From contig OX597832.1 in NCBI GenBank assembly GCA_951406725.2, forward strand, positions 69,316,001 to 69,380,000: DNA of 64,000 nucleotides. The letters run 5' to 3'. Position numbers and translations under genes: made by a program. A model generated the notes under the pieces. It was not told the origin of the DNA. It did not search any database and saw only the letters and a program-made list of their open reading frames with translations. Numbering within the stretch: the first letter of the stretch is position 1; every line of letters begins with the position of its first letter. Shown one piece after another: positions 16,180 through 28,195 of the stretch. The DNA comes from Octopus vulgaris. Taxonomy: Eukaryota.

Positions 16180-16500
16180 CACAGCTGTACAGGCTGGTAG
16201 AAGGCACACGAAGTTGCAAAGCAAACTTGTAAACCCTGCAGCCAAAACTACACCAATATCTGTTGCTTCTTTGCATAATTAGTCTTCAAGGATATTCTTT
16301 GGTTAAAAACATATTTTCTTTGGTTCATTTTCTTCAGGACTTTTACTGTTATCATCCATGAATATCCTGTCCTTCTTTGATTTTCTTATCCTCTCATCCT
16401 TACCCTGGCAACTCCATGCTGCAGATATGGCCATGTTGAGCAATTTGGTCATTGGTGCCAAAACTGCTCCAGCAACATCCAATCATGAAGGGATTCAATG
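16180..16500 (-). mobile_element. Possible piggyBac-like transposase relic
   Basis: Minus-strand peptide [18 protein letters not shown] resembles the piggyBac 'PLF..LL.MA..AW' segment and is followed by a Cys-containing stretch. Heavily decayed; no TIRs seen. Confidence 0.25.
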
Positions 16501-16579
16501 TGTTTATATTTTTACTCTTTTTCCTGAAAAATTCTTTGTTCAACTTCTGTACTACCTTTTGAAATATATGAGAGCAGGC

Positions 16580-16634
16580 TTGTGTGTGTGTGTATATATA
16601 TATATAAGTATGTATGTGTATATATATATATATG

Positions 16635-16672
<38 letters not shown>

Positions 16673-16725
16673 TATATGTATGTATGTATATATATGTATG
16701 TATGTATGTTTGTATACACACACAC

Positions 16726-16788
<63 letters not shown>

Positions 16789-17698
16789 TTCCTCACATAA
16801 CTCATAATTCTTTACCCTAATTGCTATACAAGGTATATTCCTTTAATAAATAAATGTGTGACTCTATACATATATATATATATATATGCATACAACAAAC
16901 CATTACGTGATTATTTTTAGCTCTTCCCATTAGGAAACTTTCAATTTACTGCCTTTGCAAGCATATTTTATGTTTTGCCATGTGAAATTTTTTAAAGCCA
17001 TACTTACAATTATATATTGCAGTTCATACGATTTGGTTTGCAGTTTCTTACACTTTTTGGTTTTATATCTCAAACAATAAATATTTAGAAGTAGAAAAAC
17101 TTGAGAAAAACCATCAATAATTGAAATGAGAAATGTTGCAGGGGGAGGGAGGGGAGGAAAAAGGTCTTTTCTAAATTACAATTATTGTCCTTAACGATTT
17201 AGGCCTTGTGGCTAATAAAAATCATTGTTATTATTATTATTATTATTATTACTACTTTTATAATTATTATTATCAGTATTTCCCTCATTTCTAATATTTG
17301 TTTTGCTGTTATCACTCCTTTCTTTTCCTTCACCATCACCATCATTATTATATTCACTATGATCTGCTTTGCAGTTGGCATCATCATCATCATTACACTA
17401 ATTTCATCATCAGCCTTGTTACCAACATCATCATCATCGTCGTCATCATCACCATGTTCTTACTCCTAGACCTCTTTATCTCCATCTTCCAACTGCACTT
17501 TTCAGTTTCTGTGGGTTTTTTTATCAAACATTGATTTAGTTGATTTCAATTTTGTTTTAGAACAAACTGTACAAAAAGTATTTACATCTTAATATAAATA
17601 TATATATGTCTGTGCATATATGTCTGTGCATATATGTGTGTATTGTGTGTGCGTTTTGATTATGTGTTTGGTACTGTATTTATCAATAATATTTCTAC

Positions 17699-17732
<34 letters not shown>

Positions 17733-17810
17733 TATGTATATGCATATATATACACATATATGTATATACATATTTATACACACACACACACATATATGTA
17801 TATATGTATG

Positions 17811-17871
<61 letters not shown>

Positions 17872-18454
17872 GTATATATATATATATGGGTGTGCAAGTT
17901 TTTGTTTATTTATGTATTTCAGCATTTTGTAAAGCAGTTCTATTTCAAGGAGGAAAACAAATAGCAAATATGAAAGAAAGCATCAATTATCAAAGCTAAA
18001 TTTGAACGTCTCTTTGACACCTATATCAATAAAGAAATGTATTTGTTTATACACACACACACACACGTGTGCATAAATGTAAATACATATTTACATATAC
18101 GTATATAGACACGCATATATACAAAACATATATGTACATTCACACAAGCCCACAAATGTATGACACACACACACATATGATGACGTACATGCACACACAT
18201 TATTACATACATGCATACATATACATATAAACACACACACAAATATATGAGTATGTATTGTATTATATATGTATAAGGGGTAAATATAAACACATGTAAA
18301 CACATGCATGCAATCACATGTACCCTTGCATGCACACCCTTGTACACATGGATATGGATGCACGCATAAATATATACATACATTTATAGACAAACATGCA
18401 TACATATGTAAGCAATCATGCATTTGGACACACATACATACATTTATACAAGTA

Positions 18455-18491
<37 letters not shown>

Positions 18492-18760
18492 CAATTATGC
18501 ATACATACATATATAGAGACACACACATACATATACAACATATACACACACTCACACATACAGATGTACAAGTGTGTATGTATTGTGTAAAATATGGGTA
18601 AATACACACACACACATGTATATAAGGATATGCATGCAGATACACTCACACCTACTCATGTAAGCACACACATGCATTTATAGACATATACATGCATTCA
18701 TTTATATAAATACCTACATTTAAACATGTATACATATTCATACATACAATCATGTTTTTG
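16580..18760. repeat. Cluster of TA/TG/CA microsatellites and low-complexity ATT/CAT tracts
   Basis: Directly visible arrays at about 16580-16785, 17225-17455, 17600-17890 and 18040-18760, separated by AT-rich DNA. Confidence 0.9.
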
Positions 18761-21700
18761 CTTTGATACACATATAAATCAAACCATCATGTGTATTGTA
18801 CACAGCAGCTTACGTAGGTTCTAACTTCCTTTCCCTTATACAATTGCTAGTGTAGTCTCTCTCTTCTAATAGGAAATATAAATTTAAAAATAGGAAATAT
18901 AACATGAAAAAACGATATGCAAGTTTTTGTTTTGAATCTATTGTTTTGGAAAGTTGATATAAATATTATTTCTGTATATTCCTGCATTTCCTTCTCAGTT
19001 TAGCAAGTAGAATTCTTGGTTCTCACTTGAACCTCTCATCCAATTGCCAACATAGCCACGTGCATACACAGACACACACATGCATCTGTGTATGTGTGTG
19101 TATACTTAGTGTTGTCTGTCTGAAAAAGGAGTACTTAATACCATAGTAGAGAGTAGTGATATTCATAATCTGGCCTTGTCAGTCTCCTACTTCTCTAGAG
19201 TTTCAGACAAGTTATGACTATTTTGTAACATGTCTGAAATCCCTGTGCACCCACAGGCAAATCAGTGGAACAAGAGACTTCCCTGCATGATGTTCCACTA
19301 ATTTCATAGTCAAGTTAATTACACATAGAATAAAAGCAAACAGAGCACAATAAATGAAATTAATTTTCAAAATTGAAGCACAATGCAAAGGAATATGGTA
19401 TTTGAATAATGCGTTATGCTCATCAAGACATTTCTAATGTCTTTTAGTAGGCATCTGTGAGGGGCACGAAGACAATTGTTTGTAGTGAGATCAATAGTTT
19501 TTTAACAACCAAAATTATTTGACTACATGTTCTGATGTTCTGGGACTTCTTATCAAATAGCCATCAATAAATGGCAAATGAGTATAAGTTTTCAATAATT
19601 ATATTATAATTTTTTCATTAATGTATTACAATCATAATATATTTATAATGACTATACATTTTCTGTAAGTCTTGTAACCATTTCTTCCCTAAAATGTTTT
19701 AAATATATAGTTATGCTGATAAGCTCAATATTCAAAGTGGATTGGTGTCATATCTACATAACCATTGTCATTTTAATTTATATTTGATGTGACATTGGTT
19801 GCCTATTCTATATAATGAAGTTCCCTTTAATTGGACGTTAATTTGTGAGTGGGAATTGTATTTTCTTAAATCACTCTTAGTCAAGGATTAGCCATGGATT
19901 TAACGATATTAATGAATTTCACAAATGTACAGAAGCTACTTTTAAGCAAGATGCTATTAAAAGTTTTACTGTAGTTTTATCTATGAAGTGGTTTCTGTTT
20001 GGTGTAACTACATTTATCAAAACTGGAGGATTATATCACATGGTCTTTCTCAAACACACACATACGTGCATGTGCACACACACATACGTGCATGTGCACA
20101 CACACATGTGCATGTATGTGTGTGTGCACATGCACACACATGTGCATGTATGTGTTAATCTTTACTATGATGCAGCCACACCTATTTCTCTAGAGAAGAC
20201 AACAAACCCCAGTAAAAGTTTGTTAACACCAAATAAATTATCCCTTTACAAATATCTCAGGTTTCATTTATATCTTTATTTTTGTCATGTCACAGAGAAG
20301 AGTAATTTTAAGATGCATATATATTTAAGCATTTGTTAAAATAAATCTTTACATTTTGAATTTCCTAAAAACAACAACAACAAAAAAATAATAGAAAATT
20401 ATCATGAAATATTCCACTTGATAGACAATTTAATATATTCAATTCTCGTATTTGGTTTTTTTCACCCTGCATACATAATTATTTTGATGAAAATTTTAAT
20501 GTTTGCAGGTACATCTTTTTATTTATTTGTGGCATAACACTCCGTATTATTTTCGATTATTCTTAATATATATGTCAATTTGAAATTTTGCAGAATAATA
20601 AACACAAAATTCCAGTGTGAAAGAAAAAGAAAGAAATGAATAAAGCTTCACACAATTATTCATGCATGGAGATTAAATAATAAATCAATGAATTCTTTAT
20701 TGGTAAGTATTTCATTTTCAGGTACAGAGAATTAACAAAATAATACATGAGATCTATAAGATTTATTTTAAAACACTTTGCATGTATGTGCATGTGTGTG
20801 TGTGTGCATGATGTGTATGTATGTGTCTGTGCGTGTGCGTGCATGCACACGTGAATATGTACATGTGCTTATGTGTGTTTGAATGGTGAATGGTGTGTGA
20901 GATTTACTTAAAAGGCTGTGCATGTTACATGTATGTGTGTTTGTGTGTATATGTGTGCAAGTGGGAGAGATGTTTTAATGTCCAATTTTCTATGCTGCCA
21001 TTAACTGAACATGGAATATCCGAACATGAAATATCCGAATCATACGCACTGTGTGTGTGTGTGTGTGTGTGCACATGTATAAATATTTATGCGGGTATAT
21101 TTGTATTTTAGCATTTTATGAATTTCAGTCTGAACTGCAGCCATGCTGGAGCACTGCCTTGATGGGATTGATTCAAGCACTTTGTTATCCCTTATGAAGA
21201 ATACTCATGATCAAGGGTGTTCCATTTGTGACCCTCCTGCCTTTTTTTCAGACATAGTCTTTGCGGAACTATATAAAGGAATCATCTGTGTTACATAAGG
21301 CAGTGTTTCTGCTATATAAAACATATTTTCTCATTGTTCTCTACATTCATTGACCTCCAGTGTCACATGGAAGAATAGATTTCACATCACAGAACTTCAA
21401 ATTACAGCAAAAGTTTTACAAATGCAACACTTTTGTCAGCTGTGGAATATCTGTTCTACATAATGGATCCTTCCTTTATTTTCTAAGATAGTAGGGAGTT
21501 ATCTGTGACATTGATGCTCAGTGTGGTGGTCATTTCACTTTCTGTAGTTTTCAGCTTTCTTCTGTACTTTTGACCCAGGTTAGAGTACGGATGAAGCAAA
21601 CCATTGATCAAACACATTTCATCCCTGGCAAATCTTCCAATATTTTCAGACATAGAATATTCAGAATTATGTTATCTAAAGTGTCCTTTTCTGATGAAGA

Positions 21701-22559
21701 TACACTTTTTAGTCAAACTTTCTAGAAGATTGCTTGACCAAGAACAAAAATGCTTGAGATAACTCTGCAACATAAATGATTTCTCATGGAATTTTGGCTG
21801 ACGTGTAATGATGAGTCAAAGACTTTCTAGTTTCTGAATGACTCTTTTCTTCTTGGTGGCTGCAATCTACAATGTCCATGTTGTGTAAAGAAACCTGTGA
21901 AGGCTGCACTCAACGACTGCATGAATTTCCCATACTCATACAACTCATGGTGACATAAATGACATAGAGTAAATCCAGCAGAAATGAAAATAATGAAGTA
22001 CAAGTGAATGTGGGTGAGTGGGGTACGTAGAGGTTACAAGTATTTGACAAGAGACATCGATACCTAACTTGTCACTGAGAAATTGTCAAAACAGAATGGT
22101 TGGAAAGCATTACTATGAACAGACTGATCAAGGAGTCTTGATCAAATATCCTCTCTAATCAATGTGGTCACCATTCATTTAATGTGATTAAGGAGAGAGA
22201 GTGAGAGAGAGAGTGAGAGGGAGAGGGAGTGTGAGTTGAGATAATTGACAAATATATCATTACAACTGTCCAATGAATGGCTACATGAAACTCAGAGTGT
22301 GAAGATACTTTGATAAAGAGTATATACACTTACATATATACATATATATATATATATATATAAACACACATGCATATATATATATATATATATATCAAAA
22401 GGATGTGTTATAATACTATTCCACTTATACAAAACAACCATACCAACAATCCAACATACCACCATCATCAGCTGCCCCACAGATATCATTATGGTTTTGA
22501 CACCTGAACAGTACCATTCAATCTGGCAGTGTTAACAGCACTAAAAGAAGTATGTATAA

Positions 22560-22606
<47 letters not shown>

Positions 22607-22689
22607 TGGGACTAGTGGTTTCATATTGTCTTATTCGCCAATAGAAATGTTTACTTTTTACTGATTTATGGATTCTTGAATAACTATAT

Positions 22690-23007
22690 ATCATCATCAT
22701 CATCATCATCATCATCATTTAACGTTTGTTGTCCATGCTGGAATGGGTTGGATGGTTTGAATGGGCTGACACTCTAGAAAGCTGCACCAAGATCCAGTCT
22801 GATTTGGCATGGTTTTCTACAGTTGAATGCCCTTCCTAAAACCAACCACTCTGAGAGTGTAATGGGTGCTTTTACGTGACATCAGTATCTGCCACGAATG
22901 CTATTTTGCTCCGCTTGATGGGTCTTCTTCTCAAGCATGACATAATGCCAAAGGTTTTGGTCACTGTCTCCATGAGGCGCAATACTCAAAAGGAGCTCGG
23001 CCACTTT
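22690..23007 (-). mobile_element. RTE-family 3' end fragment
   Basis: (cat)n-ttaacgt start; reverse complement matches the RTE 3' UTR and ORF end. Confidence 0.8.
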
Positions 23008-23109
23008 GCTACTCTTCAGGCCAAGTCTATCTTGATTACATGAAGTTTACATCTCCATTACATAAAGTAAATTTCATGTAATCAAGAAATCCTTGGCCTG
23101 AAGAGTAGC
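23008..23109. repeat. 102-bp inverted repeat (43-bp arms, 16-nt loop)
   Basis: gctactcttcaggccaag-tcta-tcttgattacatgaagtttac pairs with gtaaatttcatgtaatcaaga-aatc-cttggcctgaagagtagc. Confidence 0.9.
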
Positions 23110-24229
23110 TTACCATCTCCCCACTCATTGGATAATTACTACTTCCAGGCTTCTGCTAGCTATGAAACATATGTAGCTTGGGTTTTTATCTTCTCCATTC
23201 TCTAATTTTGGATGGTTATTCGCATATACAGCAACCCCAGTTGCTCACCGTAAAAATAACTATTTTTTTAGCTTATCATGCTTCAACACAGGAAAAAATT
23301 GACAACCTTCTGTGCCAATAAACCACTATTGTCCCTGAAAGTTGTCTTTTATATCTGCTATGGACTGCTAGAAGCTCACTATTTTCCTTGATCTTTGTAG
23401 CTTACCTTTATATATATATGTACATGCACACACATGAGAACATATCTGTTATATGCCCATACACATGAATGAGGTAGGAAGAAAGTAACAAATAAGGAGT
23501 GCTATGGCATGACTGAGAGAGAAGGAAAGAAACAACGTGTGTGTGCCAAACTCCTCTACTTTTATTTTTTTCAATTTTGCAAATATTAGTAAAAGCAGTT
23601 GTGTAAAAAATCGCTTTTAGATTTGAAATTATACAAAAAATAAAGATGCAAGGAAATTTATTTGTAAATATTATTTTCTATTTTGGGATCTCTATTAAAA
23701 TAAATTTAAGATTCTTCATACATTATATTAGTTTACATTAAGAAATACAGAAAGAATTTTTAAAGGACTTTTGACTTTGGAAATAAATTTTGCAATTTAT
23801 TTAGGTTTTTTCATTCACATTTAAATTTAGAAATATTATAGTGTTATTATCTCAGCAGAAAAATGTCCTCCAAATATAAAAAACGCTGAAAACATAATTC
23901 ACATTTCCAGTTTGGTATCCTCTTTCTTCATTTTCAACATCTAATGTCCACTTTTCCATGTTTGCGTGGGTTGGACAGAATCTGAGGCAGATTTTCAGAT
24001 AACTGTCGTTCCTGTTGCCAACTCTCACTTGTCTTTAAGGAAGGTTATATTTCCTGATGGCCAAACATGTTCTTGCAGAAGTTTGGAAATGACTGACATT
24101 GCTTGTAGGACAATGGCACTCACAAGCAATCGATGTGAAGACAAGGAAACACAGATAGGTCTATAATTAGCTTGGAAATCTTTGATACTGTTCACCTCTG
24201 GGCTTCCTCTCTTTTCTTGGACTGGTAAC

Positions 24230-25230
24230 ATCTCATTAGATCATATTGCCACAGTGCTGATGGAACCATTTTTGTCCAGCACTCCAGTGTTCCACAGAGC
24301 TTGGCTTTGTCTCCCCTTCTTTTCTTTTTAAACATCAGCAATGCACACTCTTACACATGGTATCATGTGTAAGAGTGTGCATTGCTGATGTTTAAAAAGA
24401 AAAGAAGAGGAGACAAAGCCAAGCTCTGTGGAACACTGGAGTGCTGGACAAAAATGGTTCCATCAGCATCGATCATTCTTGGCTAACCTTCTCCACCTAA
24501 GCAACATCCACTTGCAACCTAGAAACCTCAGACCAAATTTGTGCTAACCTCATTTACAAAGGCCTCATAAACATCTTCCGATAGGAATAGGCCAATCATA
24601 TCTCCTTCAGCAGATAAACAAGCAACAAACACCATCACTGCACTTCACCTTCCACTTGAAACATAAGCAACATACAGCAAAATCCCTAGAAATTGTTCCA
24701 AATACTTCACCTTACTATTTCTAAGGAATATCTTTCACTTAGCTAGGATTGCATTTCAAAGACAAATGCTTCTCTCTAAAACCAGAAAAATACTTCAACT
24801 TTCAGTACTTACAGAGAAATATTGGGGTGGAGTGGGGAGTACAAAAGAGTACTTCTCCCACACTTGGTGAGGAGCAGCTGATAAATACAAAAATATCCAA
24901 AACTACAAAAAGCGAAAGTCTACATGACTGATTAGTATAATGTCAGTTGCAGACACAATGTGGCTCTGGCCTACAGAAGGGCTGTTGCCTCTCTCTGCCT
25001 TTACTACTGCTACTACAATTGCCTCTGCTCTGAAATAGAAAAGATAGAAAGTGGGGACAGCCTCCACTCAAGCATGCTCCAACTCACTCATCTCACTTTC
25101 ACCACCATGTTGTATTAACCTCTCCCACATTGAGCCCTTTGTTATCAACTGGAACACTGGTCCTCAGGAATCTCCTTCCATGTATATAGACCTAATAGTT
25201 TAACAGTTTAAGCAGAACATTAATAACATC
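24230..25230 (+). mobile_element. Old L2/CR1-like LINE 3' half, heavily decayed
   Basis: Peptide relics SSVPQSLALSPLLFFL..HSY, EYFSHTW*GA and LAYRRAVASLCLYYCYYN occur in the expected RT/C-terminal order. Confidence 0.65.
24255..24468. repeat. Near-perfect 214-bp palindrome (105-bp arms, 4-nt spacer)
   Basis: 24255-24359 is the reverse complement of 24364-24468 with one mismatch found by eye. Confidence 0.95.
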
Positions 25231-25637
25231 TGCAACTCTGAAGAGCAGCACCCCTTCCTCCAGATTTGGTTAGGAAAGAACATCACCAATCTCTTAAGCC
25301 TGTGCTTGTCAAGCATCTTCTCACAGGAAAAGGCAACCAATTGGTAGAATTGTTAGAACCTTCAGAAAAATGCTTTGTGATATTTGTTCTGACTCTTTTA
25401 AATTCTGCTGGGGTCAACTTTGGGGTTGCTAACTCAAATACTGGGGTTGGTTAGAAATATTGTTAAGGTTGTAAGTGAACAGAATTATCAGCATATCAAA
25501 CAAAATACTAATACTTGGTGGCCCTGTGTCCAGCTCTTTATGTTCAAAATCCACCAAGGTCGACTTTGCTTTGATACTTCTGACAGTCATAAAAACTGAG
25601 CAGCAGCTGAGTACTTGGGTCATTGTAATCGACTATT

Positions 25638-26320
25638 CCATCATCATCATAATTTAACGTCCGTTTTCCATGCTAGCATGGGTTGGATGGTTTGACTGGG
25701 GTCTGAGAAGCTAGGAGATGCACCAGGCTCCAGTTTGATCTGGCAGAATTTCAACAGCTGGATGCACTTCCTAACACCAACCACTCCGAGTGTAGTGGGT
25801 GCTTTTTTACATGCCACCGGCACAGGTGCTAGAGGGGGCTGGTATTGACCATGATCGGATGGTACTTTTTATGTGCCACTAGCACGTTTGGATAGGGCTT
25901 TTTACGTGCCACTAGCACAGGGATCACAACTACAATTTCCATTTGATTGTGATTTAATTTGATTTTGATGTTGATGTACTTGACTCAATAGGTCTCCTCA
26001 AGCATGGCATGTCACCCTATGATCCAAGGTACTTTTCGAGTTGGCTGGTTATGTGACACTGGTGTAGGTTACAGCTGTGAACTCACTTTATTTGCCAGGT
26101 CTTCTCAGTCACAGTATATCTCCAGAGTTCTCGGTCTTTAGTCATTGCCTCTGTGAGGCCGAACATTCAAAGGTCATGCTTCACCACCTCATCCCATGTC
26201 TTCCTGGGTCTCCCTCTACCCTGGATTCCTTCCACTGTTTGGGAGTGGCACTTCTTCACACAGCTCTCCTTATCCATCCATAGTACATGACCATACCAAT
26301 GCAAACATCTCTCTTGCACG
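25638..26320 (-). mobile_element. RTE-family 3' fragment (ORF end + extended 3' UTR)
   Basis: Reverse complement matches 13620-13810 and the 3' UTR/(gat)n tail; contains three copies of the gtgc.ggtggcacgtaaaa motif. Confidence 0.85.
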
Positions 26321-27251
26321 TCACTCCCTTTAAATTGCTGGCCTTATGCCAAAATTGGAAACATTATTATTAATATAAGCATACACATGCATGCTCACAT
26401 GGATGTACATGCATACATGCATGCATGCACACACACACACGCACACACACACACACGTGTGTATTCACTTACATGCTAACCAGTACACAGTATGAATGAC
26501 AAACATAGGAAGTGACAAACAAACCAAAGTGCTGGAAAGTGATAGAAAATTGCAATATAAAGATTGAAGAGAGTGAGAACGAGAGAGAAAGGAGAGGAAG
26601 CAAGAATGTATATAATCATCTGAATATTTTTTCTATTTTGCATTTCCATATTATTGCAAAGGAAACTTGGATAAAAAGTATTTTAACCCTGAAATTATCA
26701 AAAAAAAAAAAAAAATTGAAAGCAAACTATTTCTAATACATTATTTTCTGTTTTTGCTATATCTATTAAGATGAAATTTGAAAATAAGATTCTTCTTGGA
26801 TTATTTTAGTTATTTAAAAAAAAAAATGAAATTTTTAAAGGACATTTGACTTTGCAAATATATTTTGCAATTAAGTCTGGTGTATGTTTTTGGCATATTT
26901 TTCTTTTTCTTTTTATTTGAAATATGATAGCATTAATATCTCTGGAAAAATATTCTGCAAGTGTTTGTGTAAATGATGTTAGAAAGATTAATATATATGG
27001 TTCCAATTTCATGTATTTCCTTATTTAGTAGAAAGATTTTTTCTTATGTCTCCTTTCAGCAAATAGCTGAATACATAATAGTGACATATAACACATTTCA
27101 CCTACATACTTTCTATTTACATTCTTTACAATCGTTCCTTCTTCGACAATTTCTGTGAATCAGAAATTCTAAAGAAGAGTTTGGGCTTGAAACACTAAAA
27201 ATGCTTATTGAACGTTAAACAAAGAATTGTAATAATTACATTGAGTGTACA

Positions 27252-27314
<63 letters not shown>

Positions 27315-28195
27315 GTGTGTTGTGTGTTGTGTGTGTGTATGCATGTGTGCATGCACGTGTGTATGTATGTATGCATGTGTGCATGCACGTGTGTGTATGA
27401 TGAAGAAGTTTACTTTCTAAGTCCATGGTTTTGGATTCAGTCCTAATGTGTGGAATGTGTGACCTGAGCCAACCAAAGCCTTGTGAATCAATTTGGTAGA
27501 CAGACTCTGAAAGGCAATCCACACTTGCAGTCTTTAATTGAGACAGATTTTTCTGCTGCTCGGTGCTCTTCCTATCACTAACCCTTACCTGTTTCCAAGC
27601 AAGGTATTGTTTGAAAATGGATGGACATGCTTTTGTTAGAAATTAGAAATTAATGAGATATAAATGATACAGCAATCACTCTGCTAAATACAAACATACA
27701 TACGCATATATAACAAGCTTCTTTCAGTTTCTATCTACCATATTCTCTTACAAAGTTTTGGTCAGCTCAGGGCTGTAGTAGAAGACCCTTGCTTAAGATG
27801 ACATGCAGGGGGAGTGAACCTGGGACCTTACGACTGGGAAGCTAACTTTTTAGCATGTCTGCCCCTGTGGGCTCAACTTTGTCCTTTATTCCTTCAGTAT
27901 CAAGAAAATAAAGAATAAAACTTTGGCTGGAATTGGTTTTAATTATTTACACCATTTCCTTAGAAATTGTTGGCCTTTGAACGAAATTAGTAAATATGTT
28001 TATTGTTATCAACATTATTCTTCATATTCATACTTCTATGTACTTGTGTGTGTGTGTGTGTTTGCATACATATTTATGTGTGTGTGTATATTTGTATGTG
28101 TATATGTATATTTGTGCATGCATGAGCCACCCAGCATCTCCACTGAAGTCACCAGTCACAAAGAGTAGAAACTACAACCTTCTGTGTGGGTGGTA

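Noticed and set aside
27169-27200. CUAAAGA-A-GAGU-uugg-GCUU-GAAAC, hammerhead-like
   Set aside because: G5 is mutated and there is no convincing stem I or III. Possibly a decayed relic but not supportable.
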